Both the position numbers and the translations under genes were made by a program. Of a stretch of 64,000 nt of DNA, positions 42,902 through 57,070 are shown in pieces. Location: assembly GCA_964016885.1 (NCBI GenBank), contig OZ024742.1, positions 305,412,001-305,476,000 on the forward strand, given 5' to 3'. The stretch comes from Eledone cirrhosa. Lineage: Eukaryota. Below the pieces are notes generated by a model that searched no databases, was not told where the DNA came from, and worked only from the letters and a program-made list of their open reading frames with translations. Within the stretch, counting starts at the first letter, position 1. Each line of letters opens with the position of its first letter.

Positions 42902-43562
42902 CGTGTGCGTGTGTGTCTGTGTGTGTCAGTAACTCTATCTGTCAGTCTTGCCTGCCTGGCTTCTGATGTCTTCTCTCTATTAATTCGGCTCTATTCACTT
43001 CACACCTGCGTAGTTTCCTATGAAGAATTCTATACTCACTTTGAAAGTTCCCCACTTTTTTTTCTTTTCTTCTTTGTACTGAATAATTTGCTGCTGGCGG
43101 TCTAGCAGAGTTCAACAAACATAGTATTTGGCAACTTGGCAACAGACCAAAAGCAATGTGTAACTCCTCTACAGCTGGCACCTACATGACCTGGCCAGAT
43201 ATCTTATGAGATTGCAAAACAACTGCCAATATTTCAAGGATGTGACTTGTAGATATATTCCTTAGAGTGTTTCATAGAGAGAGCACTTAATTCAAAGGAA
43301 TATTTCCAGAATAGATTCAGAAGCAAGCAAAGATGAAGTGAAGACCAGTCGTATTTCAGAGATTTGCTTTTGTGCGAAAACAAAACGAGCTGCAAGTGAT
43401 TCCGTCTTTCTATGTATGTATATATGACTGTGTGTGTGTGTGTGTGTGTGTGTGTACGTATATACATATGACTGAGATATATATATAGAGAGAGAGATAT
43501 ATAGATATATAGATATATATACACATGTATATGTGTGCAATATATATATATATATACATATA

Positions 43563-43757
43563 TAACGAAGGAATTGTGGTAAGGAACCAGATGGACCATA
43601 ACGCACCAAAGTACTCAATACTTAGGGTAGTAGATTGGGTAATAGGAACAAGTATGACCCCGACGGCAGAGCTCAAGCCGTTTCGACGGGTATTTCTGGA
43701 CTGAAATAGCCGTCGAAACGGCTTGAGCTCTGCCATCGGGGTCATACTTGTTCCTAT
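43563..43757. mobile_element. Family B copy with 55-bp fold-back hairpin
   Basis: 43642-43696 pairs with 43703-43757 (2 mismatches, 6-nt loop tggact). Flanked by (TA)n; the family tail at 43563-43645 is inverted relative to 44201-44282. Confidence 0.85.
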
Positions 43758-43870
43758 ATACACATATATATATATATTGACTCAAGTGCATATGGTTTCG
43801 TCCATAAAGTACTTATCAAACATTTCAGAGATTTCCAAATAATATATTTGGGCTCATACCCACCCCCACA

Positions 43871-43949
<79 letters not shown>

Positions 43950-44125
43950 CACGCACACAAACACGCCTAACTGCAGTATGTTATAGGTCTTGCGTATAGT
44001 GTTGTTTCACTAAGGAAGAAAAAAGTTGAACGCAGGTATAAGCGATAATAGTCAGGACGTAAAAAAATGCAAAACCTTATTCGACCGAACGTTTTCACAT
44101 TCCTTGCTTAGCCACACACACAATA

Positions 44126-44205
<80 letters not shown>

Positions 44206-44387
44206 CCCAAACTACTACTCTAAGTATCGAGTACTCTGGTGCGTTATGGTCCACCTGGTACCTTACCACACTTCCTTCGTTATATATATATATAATATGT
44301 ATGATTGTATATATATATATTTTCTTTAGTAATACGAAATTTCGATACATATTTGTATACAGCTATGTCTGAAGCTAAATTCTATGT

Positions 44388-44476
<89 letters not shown>

Positions 44477-44493
44477 CGTATATATGCACACTT

Positions 44494-44525
<32 letters not shown>

Positions 44526-44870
44526 AGAGAGAGAATGAGAGAGTACGAGACAAACATCCTTGCATCACAATGCTGGAGGTGGGAATTGTGACTATGTAAG
44601 TATAGGAGTTAGTGTGTAGATATGCCTGTGCAGACATGTGTTTAATATGATAGTAAGATGGTACATTAGTCTTATAATACCCCCAATATCATAATTGGCA
44701 ATATTCTAATTGGCACGAAACTCATAAAAAATCGATCTAATTAATTATTTCCTGCTCATTGTTTCTTCTACAATCGACGTCATATTCAATGTATTTGTTC
44801 TTTCACTTATTTCTGGAAGTGTTTTTTTGAGCACCGGGAAGAAGTATAGGGAAAGAAGGAAGTAATGCTT

Positions 44871-44929
<59 letters not shown>

Positions 44930-44935
44930 TACACA

Positions 44936-44977
<42 letters not shown>

Positions 44978-45188
44978 CACACACACACACACACTCACAC
45001 TTACTCACACACAGAGATATATAACACGTATAACTGCATATATATGTGTCGTTTGCATTGTAATTTCTGTTTAAGTTTTATATCTCTCTCCATATATATA
45101 TATGTATATATACTTAAAAACATATTTACATATCTATGCACTAACAAATGATTATGTGTGCGCCTCCTAATATATTGCACATATATCC

Positions 45189-45219
<31 letters not shown>

Positions 45220-45224
45220 TACAG

Positions 45225-45255
<31 letters not shown>

Positions 45256-46756
45256 TCGTTCGTAAGCAAACAGTCACTTACGCTATGTGTCTTACATGAC
45301 ACCATCTTTTTGTTCTAGCGATGACAGAAAGAAATTGACCTAAGAAATAGCTATCCCGCCATATTGGATACCTATTCTATAGTGTATCTAATTTGTAATA
45401 TAGTGAATTGAAAACTGCAATAGACTAAGCTTAACAAAACAATTGTTTATCAGAAGTTACCTCATGTTATAATTTGAATCTAAAATTATGTAGGGATATA
45501 AGTTTAATTAGATAAGATGTTTTAATTTTTGGACAGTTTAGACAATATATAATGACGTGACCAGGGTCTTCTGGTCAACTGATGCAGCAATTTTGACAGT
45601 GTAGGTTAGGGGTCAATCTAAATTTCATAGTTTATCTGATGACAGTAATTTTGACAATGTACATTGGAGGGAATCTGAGATTTATAGTCAACTGGTGACA
45701 GCAAAGTGCGTGTTTACGTCTTATTAGATATCTTCAGCGAGTCATATTTTATTACCTTGGTAATGAAATAGAGAAGTAGATGTATTATTATTGAGGCTGA
45801 TCACTAATAATAGTTATATGACTGGGAGAAAATACCCCAGAGCAGCGTACTCGTGTGGTGTGATTTCGCATGATATGAATAATATTTTGATTTGAAACTC
45901 TCATCAACTAAAACTATCCAATCATATAGTAGCCAATTAGTAGACAAAACATTGTGTTTTATACAAAACATTGTAAACACGCAAGATTAGCCCGATCAAA
46001 TATGTCAAGCAAGAGGTGTCAGGAATGATCCCGTATTAGGGTTGGCACGATAGATACCCGACGGGTTCAGTGATTAGGTTTACAATTGTTAGATTAATGA
46101 AGCAGCCTGTACGTGAAATTAACGTTTAGATTGTTGACCATTCCACAGACATGTGTACCTACAAGTACTTCTGAGGGAGATTCACAATAACACAATGTAT
46201 GGTCATTTGTATTACAGATTGAGTCCATCTGAAAGGCTCCCAAAGTATTCCTGTTTACAAAATGTCACCCACAAAGCTTGGGTCAACCCAAGTCTATGAT
46301 GGTAAATGATGCTTGGCCAACATGCCATGAAGTGTGATCGAATCCATACTCTGATGGTTGAGATGCAATCTCCTTAATCATTCGACCAAAGGGCAAAGTA
46401 AAAATGTATAGCAACACCAGTGTAATATAAATGTATTTATTTCATTTACCTTCTAATATAAATATGACAGTAATAACAAGATGTTAAATTGGGCATTGCA
46501 CTTGTACTCATGCGCATCAAGTTATTGGAATGACGCAAATATTGTTTTTCGTTGGTGTTTAGAAAGGTAAAATGCAAGTAAATATGCAATCACTCTCACA
46601 CCTCTTACTCTCTCGCCCCACCCTTCCCCTCACTTTCTCTTTTGTCTATAGATAAATGTAATTGTTTGCGATACGTTATGGATAAATTTGCGTAGCCTTC
46701 TTGGTCTCCGTCTTTTATGACTTAGCGTAAGTAAACGTGGTGGATATATATCTATA

Positions 46757-46878
<122 letters not shown>

Positions 46879-47645
46879 TATATGGGAGTGTGGTGTGTCA
46901 GTTCTAGTGTATCAGTGCTTTATTGCATGTGTCAGATAGCACCTAATTTGTTTAGCAATCGCCTGTTTACAGAATGTGAGCTTACATAAGACGTGTGTCA
47001 TATGTAAGATACAATAAACACCATAATTTATAAAGTAATAGAATATTTCGGTTTCTAAGTATATCTTTGCAATATCGACTTACGGTGTCAGCTCACTCGT
47101 ATCAACAAGCACGGACGTTTGGATTTAAATGCTCACGGTTTGTGCGATATAGATGGTATCGGTTAATAAAATACGATGGCTTTTGTAACCACCTCTTACA
47201 TATTAAATCATACAGGTACTCCAGAGGTCTCTAATCATAATAGAAGTGGGTAAAGTGTATCACTGTAAGCTACAGAGGTTATGTAAACCGTTGTTTTCAT
47301 GACTACATTTGAATCGTCCTGGTGGCAGGCTGTAATTCTAATAGACAAGCCAGCAAGAAATTATCCTATGCTAGGTGTTTGTAATGCTAGAAACATATTA
47401 TTCTAATTAAAAGTTTCTTAACATTGTTTCTAAATGTTAAACATCATTAGCAATATATTTTTATTAATTTACTAAATATATATATATATATAAATTTTGA
47501 GTATATGTTGGTTGTTTACCGACACCTCAGTATGCAGATTGGAGCACTCGGCGAAGTACGCAGGTTGGTTTGGATACTCCGGAGTAATGTAAAATAAAAT
47601 AATTAAGTCAAATATTTAAAATTTGGCTTCGTTTATTAAAGATGT

Positions 47646-47700
47646 ACTGCTATATATATTTCGGTGACAGCCATCATTGGCTGTGACCTCTTCAGGCAGT
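47646..47700 (-). ncRNA. Minimal type-I hammerhead ribozyme (left arm)
   Basis: actgc-CTGAAGA-ggtcacagcca atga tggctgtcacc-GAAA-tatata-TA-gcagt: full core, G-C closing pair, 10/11-bp stem II. Confidence 0.88.
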
Positions 47701-47852
47701 CCGAATTGGTGTGGTAGAGACAGGTACACATGTTGTTAAAGTGTTTACTCCTCAGAGAAATAACAACCCAACCAGGAGCGGGACATATCGGAGTATTGAC
47801 GAAGTAAAACACTTTAACAACATGTGTACCTGTCTCTAACACACCAATTCGG

Positions 47853-47907
47853 ACTGCCTGAAGACGTCACAGCCAATGATGGCTGTCACCGAAATATATA
47901 TAGCAGT
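47853..47907 (+). ncRNA. Minimal type-I hammerhead ribozyme (right arm)
   Basis: actgc-CTGAAGA-cgtcacagcca atga tggctgtcacc-GAAA-tatata-TA-gcagt; one substitution at the stem II closing pair. Confidence 0.82.
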
Positions 47908-47956
47908 ACATCTTTAATAAACGAGGCCAAATTTTAAATATTTGACTTAATTATTT

Positions 47957-48029
<73 letters not shown>

Positions 48030-48952
48030 TGAGACCAATATACATACCAGGTTTATAAAAGTAGTTACATATATTTTATTGTGTTAAATATTTTGCATGA
48101 TGTTTTCGATTTTGTTCTCTAGTTAATTTTGTTGGAACTGTAGCACTCGAAATTGTTTCATTCGATTTCGATTATGTAGATTTAATTATTTGAGCAATAC
48201 ACTCGAGGTTCTTTCATTACGCCACATATTTCGATCATGTCATTGATTGCTCCAAAGTTAATCGTAATACTAAAACACTGTCATGACAAGTAGAATAATA
48301 TACAATTTGTCCAGTCAATGAGAATTTTCGACGGTTGTGGACATTACAATTTCCTCTTGAATCGAAAGAAAATGTTTCGACTCTAATCATGGTCTTCCAA
48401 ATTAATGGAAAAATTGAGGATATTGAGAGGTTCAACGTGGTTATATAACCTAGAAATAACAAACAAATCTCCCTCGTATTACACCTTTATCGTCTGGAGT
48501 ATTATAGAAATGACGCATTAGATAATGTATGCCACTTGAACTTATTCGGGTTGGTCATACATGTGATAATGTATTCTCAGTAAAAAACTGACCTAGGACT
48601 AAACAGCAGCAACAACAACAAACAACTTCTCTATCAAAAGAACAGATGTATCATGCAAATTATAGTAAGTGTGTCGCCAGGGTGGGTGGGTGTTTGGTTC
48701 TAAAGGGCGGAGGGATTAAATGGAAGTGTCACAGTTAATCCTATTGTGGATAATCGTCAGCAGACGTGTGATTAAGATTATAGCCATTCTTCCCATCACT
48801 CTCATTCACATTTCTCTTATGGCCAGCCTCCTATTTTTACACATATACACATACACACAAACACACAGTCACTTTCTTCCTGTCCTTGTCTACACTAATG
48901 TAGCCCTGCATCTGGAGTAAGACCCACAATAACGACAACAACAACAACAACA

Positions 48953-49023
<71 letters not shown>

Positions 49024-49199
49024 ACTGGAGAGAAAAAAAGGAAAATAAATGAAACAATTTCAATGTCAGTGTCTCTTTAAGTTGGCAAGGAACCGATAGC
49101 TGCACGCACACACCACACACACACACACACATACACGCAAACACACACACACATGAATACAAAAAAAAAAATCACATCACTCTATTGGGTCTCCGTCGT

Positions 49200-49470
49200 T
49201 TCCGACGAGGAATGAATGAATTTTCGATCAATTGAACAGCCTGCTCTTGAACTTTTAACTTAGTTAACACTTAACTTAGTTCTCAGGGAGATGTAACGTG
49301 ACACTGTGTATGACAAGGCTGGTCCTTTGAAATACATATACAAATTGTTTTTCCAGCTGAGTGAACTGGAGCACAGTGAAATAAAATGCCTTGCTCAAGG
49401 ACACAACGCGCTGTCAGAAATCATACTCTTGACGCTACGATCGCTAGACGAACATCCTGACAACTAAATA
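49200..49470 (-). mobile_element. tRNA-derived SINE, family S2
   Basis: tagttctcagggagat..gtgacac..tgacaaggctggtcctttgaa..ccagctgagtgaactggagc..gaaataaaatgccttgctcaaggacacaacgcg. Confidence 0.75.
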
Positions 49471-50206
49471 ACACTTTCACACGCTAGCATGCCCCACACT
49501 TTCATTCTATACACAATATACAACACACCCACAGCTAGGCACACATATACATTCATTCTATGCATTATCTACATCACACATACGCGTGCACAGAGGGCGA
49601 GATATATTACAAATACACCACATACAAAACAAACAGCTAGATACTACCATGTAATCACACATATTTATTCCTTCTGTAATCTATACTCACACACATACAC
49701 CACACACGTACATTCAGTGTACACACACACACACACACACATACACACACACACACACACACACGATCACATAGCAGTTTGTCATCAATAAAATGTCGAC
49801 TGAAATTTATCCAACAGTTATGAGTGCCAATAATCCCTCCGAACCAAACAATGGAGCCACTATGTGGTCAGTTGACCTACTAGAAATAGCAGTCACATCT
49901 CTATCCAAACACACACAGTTGCAGAATATACTGCACTATATTCTATTAGAGTAGACAATAAAAAAAGAGATGCCACTTGGAAGGCTCATAGCTCAACTTG
50001 ATCACGGCGTGAGCTCAACTAGTAAGTCAATACCAACAACTATAACTGTTGCTCATTTGACCTGCTAGAAATATCAGCCACATATTTTCTAAATCATCCT
50101 CTATCGCATTTAAAATTGTAGGAGACGACACATAGAATAATGACTGGTATTGTCATTTCTAGAACGCTTTTAATTACTTGTCTGCTTAGATCATTGTTGC
50201 CTTGTA

Positions 50207-50257
<51 letters not shown>

Positions 50258-50790
50258 GAGCAAACAAATAACCTCTATGTGGTCATTTTACTTAAAAATA
50301 GCAGCTACGTGACACCTTTAATCTCTGTCATCACTGGAAATCACAATCTTAAATCCACAACATTTGAACAAAATAATACGGGATGGCTACAACTGAAATG
50401 ACCTTTGTTATAGATTGTTGGTAATAGTTGGCGTACGGATCAAATAAGAACAGCTACTTAGAAAACAACCAACCAAACCACGAATTAATCGGGTGGAAAA
50501 GGAGAAGTGAAAGATGTTTGGTTCCACTCATGGGTGCATAGTCAGTAATAGTGATTTGTCGTTTAGCTGCAGGTCATGTTTGATCGAGCACACCTATGAT
50601 GAACGGTATTCCAACACTTCGTATCTTATGGGGTATTTCAGAATACATGACTCCACTGTGACCTCGCGACCTTGTTAAGGTGTGATTTGAGAAAGGTGTA
50701 GCTGCTTTCTCTACCATGTTAAGTAAATACGGTGGATCCTCCTCGATATATAGACAGTAATATATCAATTCATATTATATTATTATTAAA

Positions 50791-50985
50791 GGCGGTGGAT
50801 TAGCTGTATCGGTAGAGGGTCGGACGCCATGCTTCGGCGCATAGAGTTACGGCCCTTGCCATTCTGAGTTCAAATCCCGCCGAGGTTAACTTTGCCTTTC
50901 ATACTTATGGGGTCGATAAAATAAAGTATCAGTAATACACTGGTTAATTGATGGCCTTGTGCCAAAAGTAGAAACAATTATTATT
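50791..50985 (+). mobile_element. S1 SINE, full length, tattattaa flanks (TSD-like)
   Basis: Near-identical to 12508-12700. Confidence 0.92.
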
Positions 50986-51419
50986 AATAGATTGCCGTTA
51001 GATACAGAAGCATTTTTCGATTTGTTGTTAGTCTGATTTTTCTTTTTGCTTTTCCTTTTTTTTTTTTTTTTTCTTTTTTTTTTTTTACATCGCAGCTAGA
51101 TAATTGATAAACATCAATCTTTCAAGTTTTATAAGGCCAATTAAACTCATACTAAGAAATTTCTAGAGTCTGAACTTAAGATACAACCCTTTCTCTCAGT
51201 CTCTCTTTTACACTCACACATCCTCTGTATGACATTCTCAAGTAGCTATTTGAATTAGCTGTTGAAACGGCAAGTGCTCAGCCGTCGTGTCTCGACACTT
51301 TATAATATAACCATACTCTACTACACCAAGTATCGAGTACATTGTTCAGTAATGGTCTAACCAGTTTCAAACTGAATCCATCCTGATATATATATATATA
51401 TATATATGCGAATTAAAGC

Positions 51420-51660
51420 GTAGGTGGCTAAGCGTTCAACAGATACGTCTATTTGTAATGTATTTCTCAAGGAGATCCAGCATTACACAATGTGTGGCAA
51501 AGCCGGCCATTTGAACTAGGGGTAAACTCATATTTACCAGTAGAGTGGATTGGAGCAATGTGAAATAAAATTGTTTGCCTAAGGACCCAACGTGCCATAG
51601 AGAATCGAGCATATGACCTTATGATTGTGAACCAAACCCCTCAAGGACTAAGAAACCAAC
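51420..51660 (-). mobile_element. S2 SINE (diverged)
   Basis: ttctcaaggagatccagc..gagtggattggagcaatgtgaaataaa..aaggacccaacg..gaatcgag. Confidence 0.7.
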
Positions 51661-52880
51661 CGTCTCTGAATTATTGCTAAAGTAAAAAGAACATTAAACA
51701 GAAATATCGTAGCAAATGTGGGTGAGTGTTAGTAAAGACCAGGAAGATGGGGATAGAGGAAACAATACCTGATTTCAGTGAGTTGTTCTGGTCTTTAGTC
51801 TGAAATATTCGTGCTAGAAAAAATGGAGTTTCATATAAGCACTTACCAAACTTAGGAAGACTACCACACAGCTAGCCAGTGCTCTCTTTTGACACACACA
51901 CAAACAAACACACACACACACATACACACCCACACCCACACACACACACACACACACAGACAAACACAATTTTTTAATCTAATGCGGTGCCGTGAAAGGT
52001 CATAGTTATTTAGGTGTTAACAAATTATCTTGCAACGGTTGTTTTAGTAGAGTAGGTTAGGTAGATGATAATGGTGAGTAGGTGTTCTTATGGTTATATA
52101 TAGGCGTTGGGGTGGTAGAAAAGAATCAGAGGGTGCCGTGATAAATAGCGAAAGCACTAGATGAAGGACACGAATGAAGGAATGAGGGTAATGTTGAGGT
52201 AGGAGGTAGAATAGAGAGGGGAGGATAGGAAATACATTTTATTTATTTATTATAGCTTTTCTTCTTTTTTTTGAGATGAAGAAAAGGTCAGACAAGATCA
52301 GAAATAAGACTAAACGGACGACAACGATTTTCGAAAAGATTAAGATAGAAAAAAAATGGATAAATAAATAAAAGCAAGAAAAATGAATGAAAGAAAAGAC
52401 AGAAAGACAAAGTGGAAGTGATGAAATCATTGTCTGTCTCCGACGTGTGTTACTAGTGTTTGTTAGTCAGAGTGAGTGAGGAAGTATGTGGGTTTAAATA
52501 GGTCTTCATTTCCTCTTTTAACAGTCACGCGTCACCCCTACCTTTCAAACATCTGCCCCGTTCCTTCATTTCACTTTTGATCTTGTATTATGTCGGTCCT
52601 TTTACGTTGCCTCAGTTTTCCACTGTACCCTCTCTCTCTTTCCCTCCCTCTTTCTCTCTGTACATCTTTCTCTCTCTCTCACACACACACACTCCCTCTC
52701 TGCAATGTGTTTTTTCAGTCCGTATAAAGCACTGTCTGTTATAACTGTCAATCTCTTAGTTCCTTTTAGAAAACAGTTCCTCTTACTGTTTCACTGATCA
52801 TTTTTCTCAAATGTGTCAGATCAGATGTATACACAGTTGTATGTAACTACACATATACAAACAGATGTTTGTGTATATAC

Positions 52881-52920
<40 letters not shown>

Positions 52921-52923
<3 letters not shown>

Positions 52924-53074
52924 ATTAAAACATTGACATAAACAGGTACTCAACTTTCATTGGGTTCTGGGCAGACATTTCTTCAGCCTGTCATGAGAAA
53001 AATAGAAAACCGGCTGAAGAAATTGGGGCCCAGGACCCAATAAACTTGAATACCTGTTTCACTGTTGTAATTAT
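52921..53074. mobile_element. Older palindromic element with paired degenerate hammerheads
   Basis: Minus 52943-52990 reads cagg-CTGAAGA-..cccaat-GAAA-gttgag-TA-cctg. Plus 53011-53056 reads cgg-CTGAAGA-aattggg..cccaat-(G)AAA-cttgaa-TA-cctg. The arms extend outward and the left end abuts (TA)n. Confidence 0.7.
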
Positions 53075-53155
53075 TTATACTAAACTCGTCCTATGGACTG
53101 ACTGCTCTTACTCTTGAATATTTCCACTTAACTTTTACTACACACACACATACAC

Positions 53156-53276
<121 letters not shown>

Positions 53277-53581
53277 AAATTTGAAGACTAAAATCCAAAG
53301 AGGGCTCGATAAGGATAAAAATATATCAAATATATAAGAACCGTAGTTTGTGTATATACGTATATATATATATATTTTCAATCATATATTTTTATTGTTT
53401 GACCCGAATTACTTGGTCGTTTCTTTGGCTGTGCGGATGTTTGTTTAACCATCATCTCAGTGTGTTTGGCCTTTAACGTATGTTGTAGCTCTGGTTCATC
53501 TGAATCATCGAGCGCTTGCCACACATCTCGGAAGTTGTTTTTCGTTAATTCCTAAGCCGAAATACGATTCTCGCTAATTTA

Positions 53582-53660
<79 letters not shown>

Positions 53661-53844
53661 TGAATATATTATATACACAAACTCACACACACACACTCAC
53701 ACATACACACTATTTTAATATATATATATATATATATATATACATCGAGAGAGAGAGAGATCCTTAATAAAATCAGGTGGTAACCACAGTTAAAAAACGT
53801 ACTCAATACATTAGTATAATGTAAGCATTATTCTTCAGAACTAA

Positions 53845-53916
53845 AACTGTTTCATTCGTATGAAATCATTAGGAATGCCTGACGATTTCATACGAATGAA
53901 ACACAGTTATAATCCT
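53845..53916. mobile_element. Compact head-to-head hammerhead-like palindrome
   Basis: gtttcattcgtatgaaatcattagg aatg cctgacgatttcatacgaatgaaac. Plus strand reads CTGACGA-tttc atac gaat-GAAA; minus strand reads CTAATGA-same-GAAA. A second, internally deleted copy lies at 26631-26718. Confidence 0.65.
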
Positions 53917-53928
53917 GTATAAGTCATC

Positions 53929-54015
<87 letters not shown>

Positions 54016-54640
54016 GGATAGATATTATATATTATTATATGATAGACAATCGAGCTTAACCCGTTTCGATAAACGGTTTTAAATTAACTATTGGAATTCC
54101 TATCGAATAATATATATTTATTGAATACTGTATTGGAAAATGGTCTTTCTTGTCTCAGCTTTTAATTCGTAAGAAACAAATAATATTATTTTAAACTGTT
54201 TAAATGACATGAATATTCATAACATTAGCAGCATAATCACAAACGCACTTATACCCACTTTTCGTCATATGACAGAATGGAATTTAGAAATAGGGAAAAG
54301 TTTCCAGCTCCACTGCTTTTGCTGGAACGTCCACAATTAGATAACAGCTATTACACCAAAGAAAAACAAAAATCAGCTTGGCAGATATATCTGGCAAGAG
54401 TAAAATGCAGCCAGCAAACACTCCCATATCGAACAGCACATGATCGACCAGAATTTATCAAAAATTGGGTTGCGGTATTTGTTTTGGCTCTTGACATACT
54501 GAGTTCAAATACCGCTGTATTAATATTTGCCATTCATCGTTCCAAGAAGAACAAAATGTAGAAGCAGTGAAGTACTGGGTCGATTTAATCGGATTTCATC
54601 TTCCTGAAAATGTTGCTGGCCTTGTGCTTAAATTCGAAGG

Positions 54641-54675
<35 letters not shown>

Positions 54676-54870
54676 TCTATTCTGTTATTCACTACCCTCT
54701 ATCCCACGCCTTCTATTAAACTCACTTTGTTCTGTCATTCCGTTGATTTATCTCTATTTCATATTTGCTCTCGACTTCTAAAGTTATTCTTCCTTATTTT
54801 TACTTTTGATCTCACTGGTCTCAAGTTGTTTTCACTTTGATTCCACTCTCTTTCTCTGTACAGGAACACG

Positions 54871-54924
<54 letters not shown>

Positions 54925-55023
54925 TCACACAGTGTGTATGTGTGTATGTATATACATATATATATATATATATGTATTTATATATATATACATATATACG
55001 TATATATATATAAATATATATAC

Positions 55024-55136
<113 letters not shown>

Positions 55137-55438
55137 GATATCACTCTTTTTTTCAATAAACGCTCTACATTCTTTCATCATGTGAATCTTTCTTAAGTAT
55201 TTGTCACTTCTTCCCAGCCTCTCTCTCACATTCTGCCTTCTTCTCGCTATCTCTATCTCTCTTTCTCCTTCTCCGTCACACTTTCTCTTTCTCTTACTAT
55301 CTCTATTCGGTTCACACACACTCTCTCTCTCCTTCTATCATATATTTCTCATTTGTTCTCTACATCGAGATTTCTCTCCTAATCTTTCTGTACACACGTC
55401 ATCTCAGTTTTCTTATTCCCACTGATCTCTCTCTCTAC

Positions 55439-55509
<71 letters not shown>

Positions 55510-56674
55510 CCCTCTCTCTCGCTCTCTTCCTCTCTCTTTCTCTTCCACTCCTCCCCCTCTTTCACTCTTTCACTCTCTCTCTCACACAAATACACTCTCT
55601 CTCTCTTACAGTTACGTTATTTCTCCTGATCTCTGTTTTCCACAATTGTTTTCCATCTCACTCCCAACTCTGTTTAGTTCAATGCTTATTCCACTTTACT
55701 CTCCCATCCACCACTCTCCAAGCCTTACTTTAAATCAATGTTAAAGAGCCAAACCTGTCGCCTGCCAGTCGGTCATCCCTCCTTCCATAGCTTTAATGTC
55801 ATCTCAGCTCTAATTTCTCTCTAGATTTTTTTTTAATTCAATGTTTTATCTTGTTATATTTATATTTTGATACTTTTTTGTCGTTTCGTTTTATTTTTGT
55901 TGTTGCAGTTTTTGTTTTGTTATTGCTCCTGTTATTATTTTTGTTGTTGTTGTTGCTGTTACCGCTGTTGTTGCTGTTGTGTCTTTATTCCTTCCATAAT
56001 TTTCTTGTCCGCCCATGACCTTCATCATCGTCATTATCTTCATCATCGTCATTATATTCATCATCATCATTGCCATCATATCCATCACCATCATCGACAT
56101 CATCACCATCAGTCACAACTGTCATCATCATCATCATCATCCACATTTCATCTTGTTATTTAGTATCTACTGTGCCACTTGTTTTCCAAAGATTCACACA
56201 CGCACACACAGACACACACACATCCACCCACACACATACACAGAGGAAAAATAGTCCCCTTTTACTCACCCACCCACATACACGCGCACGTACACATTCG
56301 CGAATATTCATACACGGGCTCATATACACACGCACGCACACAGACACACATCCCTCATACATATATTTCTATACATATGTATTCTCCTTTTTGCATCATT
56401 TATCGTTTATTTTCACTCTTCGATAGAGTTAATCTCATTGAAATCACATGAAATCACACCCTATCATCTTAGAATAGAGAGGGCGTATTGTATAATATAC
56501 TCGTTGATATAATATGGGATGATCATGGATTGAATAACTTTAATCACTCGTCTGCCATGGGCTAAATAATAACAAAATGTAGTGAAAATTATTACTTTGT
56601 ATATTTCTCATCCAGCTCCCCCCCCCCCTCTTTCTCTCTCAGTATATATACATATATAGTTGTAGGGTTGCAAG

Positions 56675-56736
<62 letters not shown>

Positions 56737-56891
56737 TATTTATAGTCGATCGACTTTTCGTCAAATCGGACCGAGGAAACAAGCTTTCCGTTGGTCTTTC
56801 CAATTGCTGATACTATCTATCGGTCGCAACTCCAGGTAGAAGGAGCAACGGGAAATAAAGTGCCTTGCTGAAGGACATAACGCATCACCCG

Positions 56892-56966
<75 letters not shown>

Positions 56967-56969
<3 letters not shown>

Positions 56970-57070
56970 ATATTAAATAAATGGAAACTATATTTATAAA
57001 ACCATATTTATTCTATTATATATATTTCAAGGGTAAAATTTTGGTTCGCTATCATCAGATAAAATACAAA
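56967..57070 (-). mobile_element. Solo 3' end of the 10093-12303 PLE family with hammerhead (57010-57065)
   Basis: The tail aataaatatggttttataaatatagtttccatttatttaatatcat is identical to 12258-12303. The ribozyme reads attttat-CTGATGA-..-GAAA-tatata-TA-atagaat with a weak stem II. It adjoins (TA)n. Confidence 0.8.

Larger units (their letters stand above)
47590..47963. mobile_element. Palindromic PLE-type element: ~165-bp inverted arms, each with a hammerhead ribozyme
   Basis: 47590-~47754 is the reverse complement of ~47797-47963 with only a few differences and a ~42-nt spacer. Each arm ends AATAAA..tail, and the right end runs into (TA)n. Confidence 0.9.

Noticed and set aside
45572-45705. 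~57-bp degenerate tandem repeat (about 2.3 copies) containing ctgatga
   Set aside because: Ordinary local duplication; no GAAA/stem geometry. The aaacatacacattca repeats at 60820-61450 were rejected on similar grounds.
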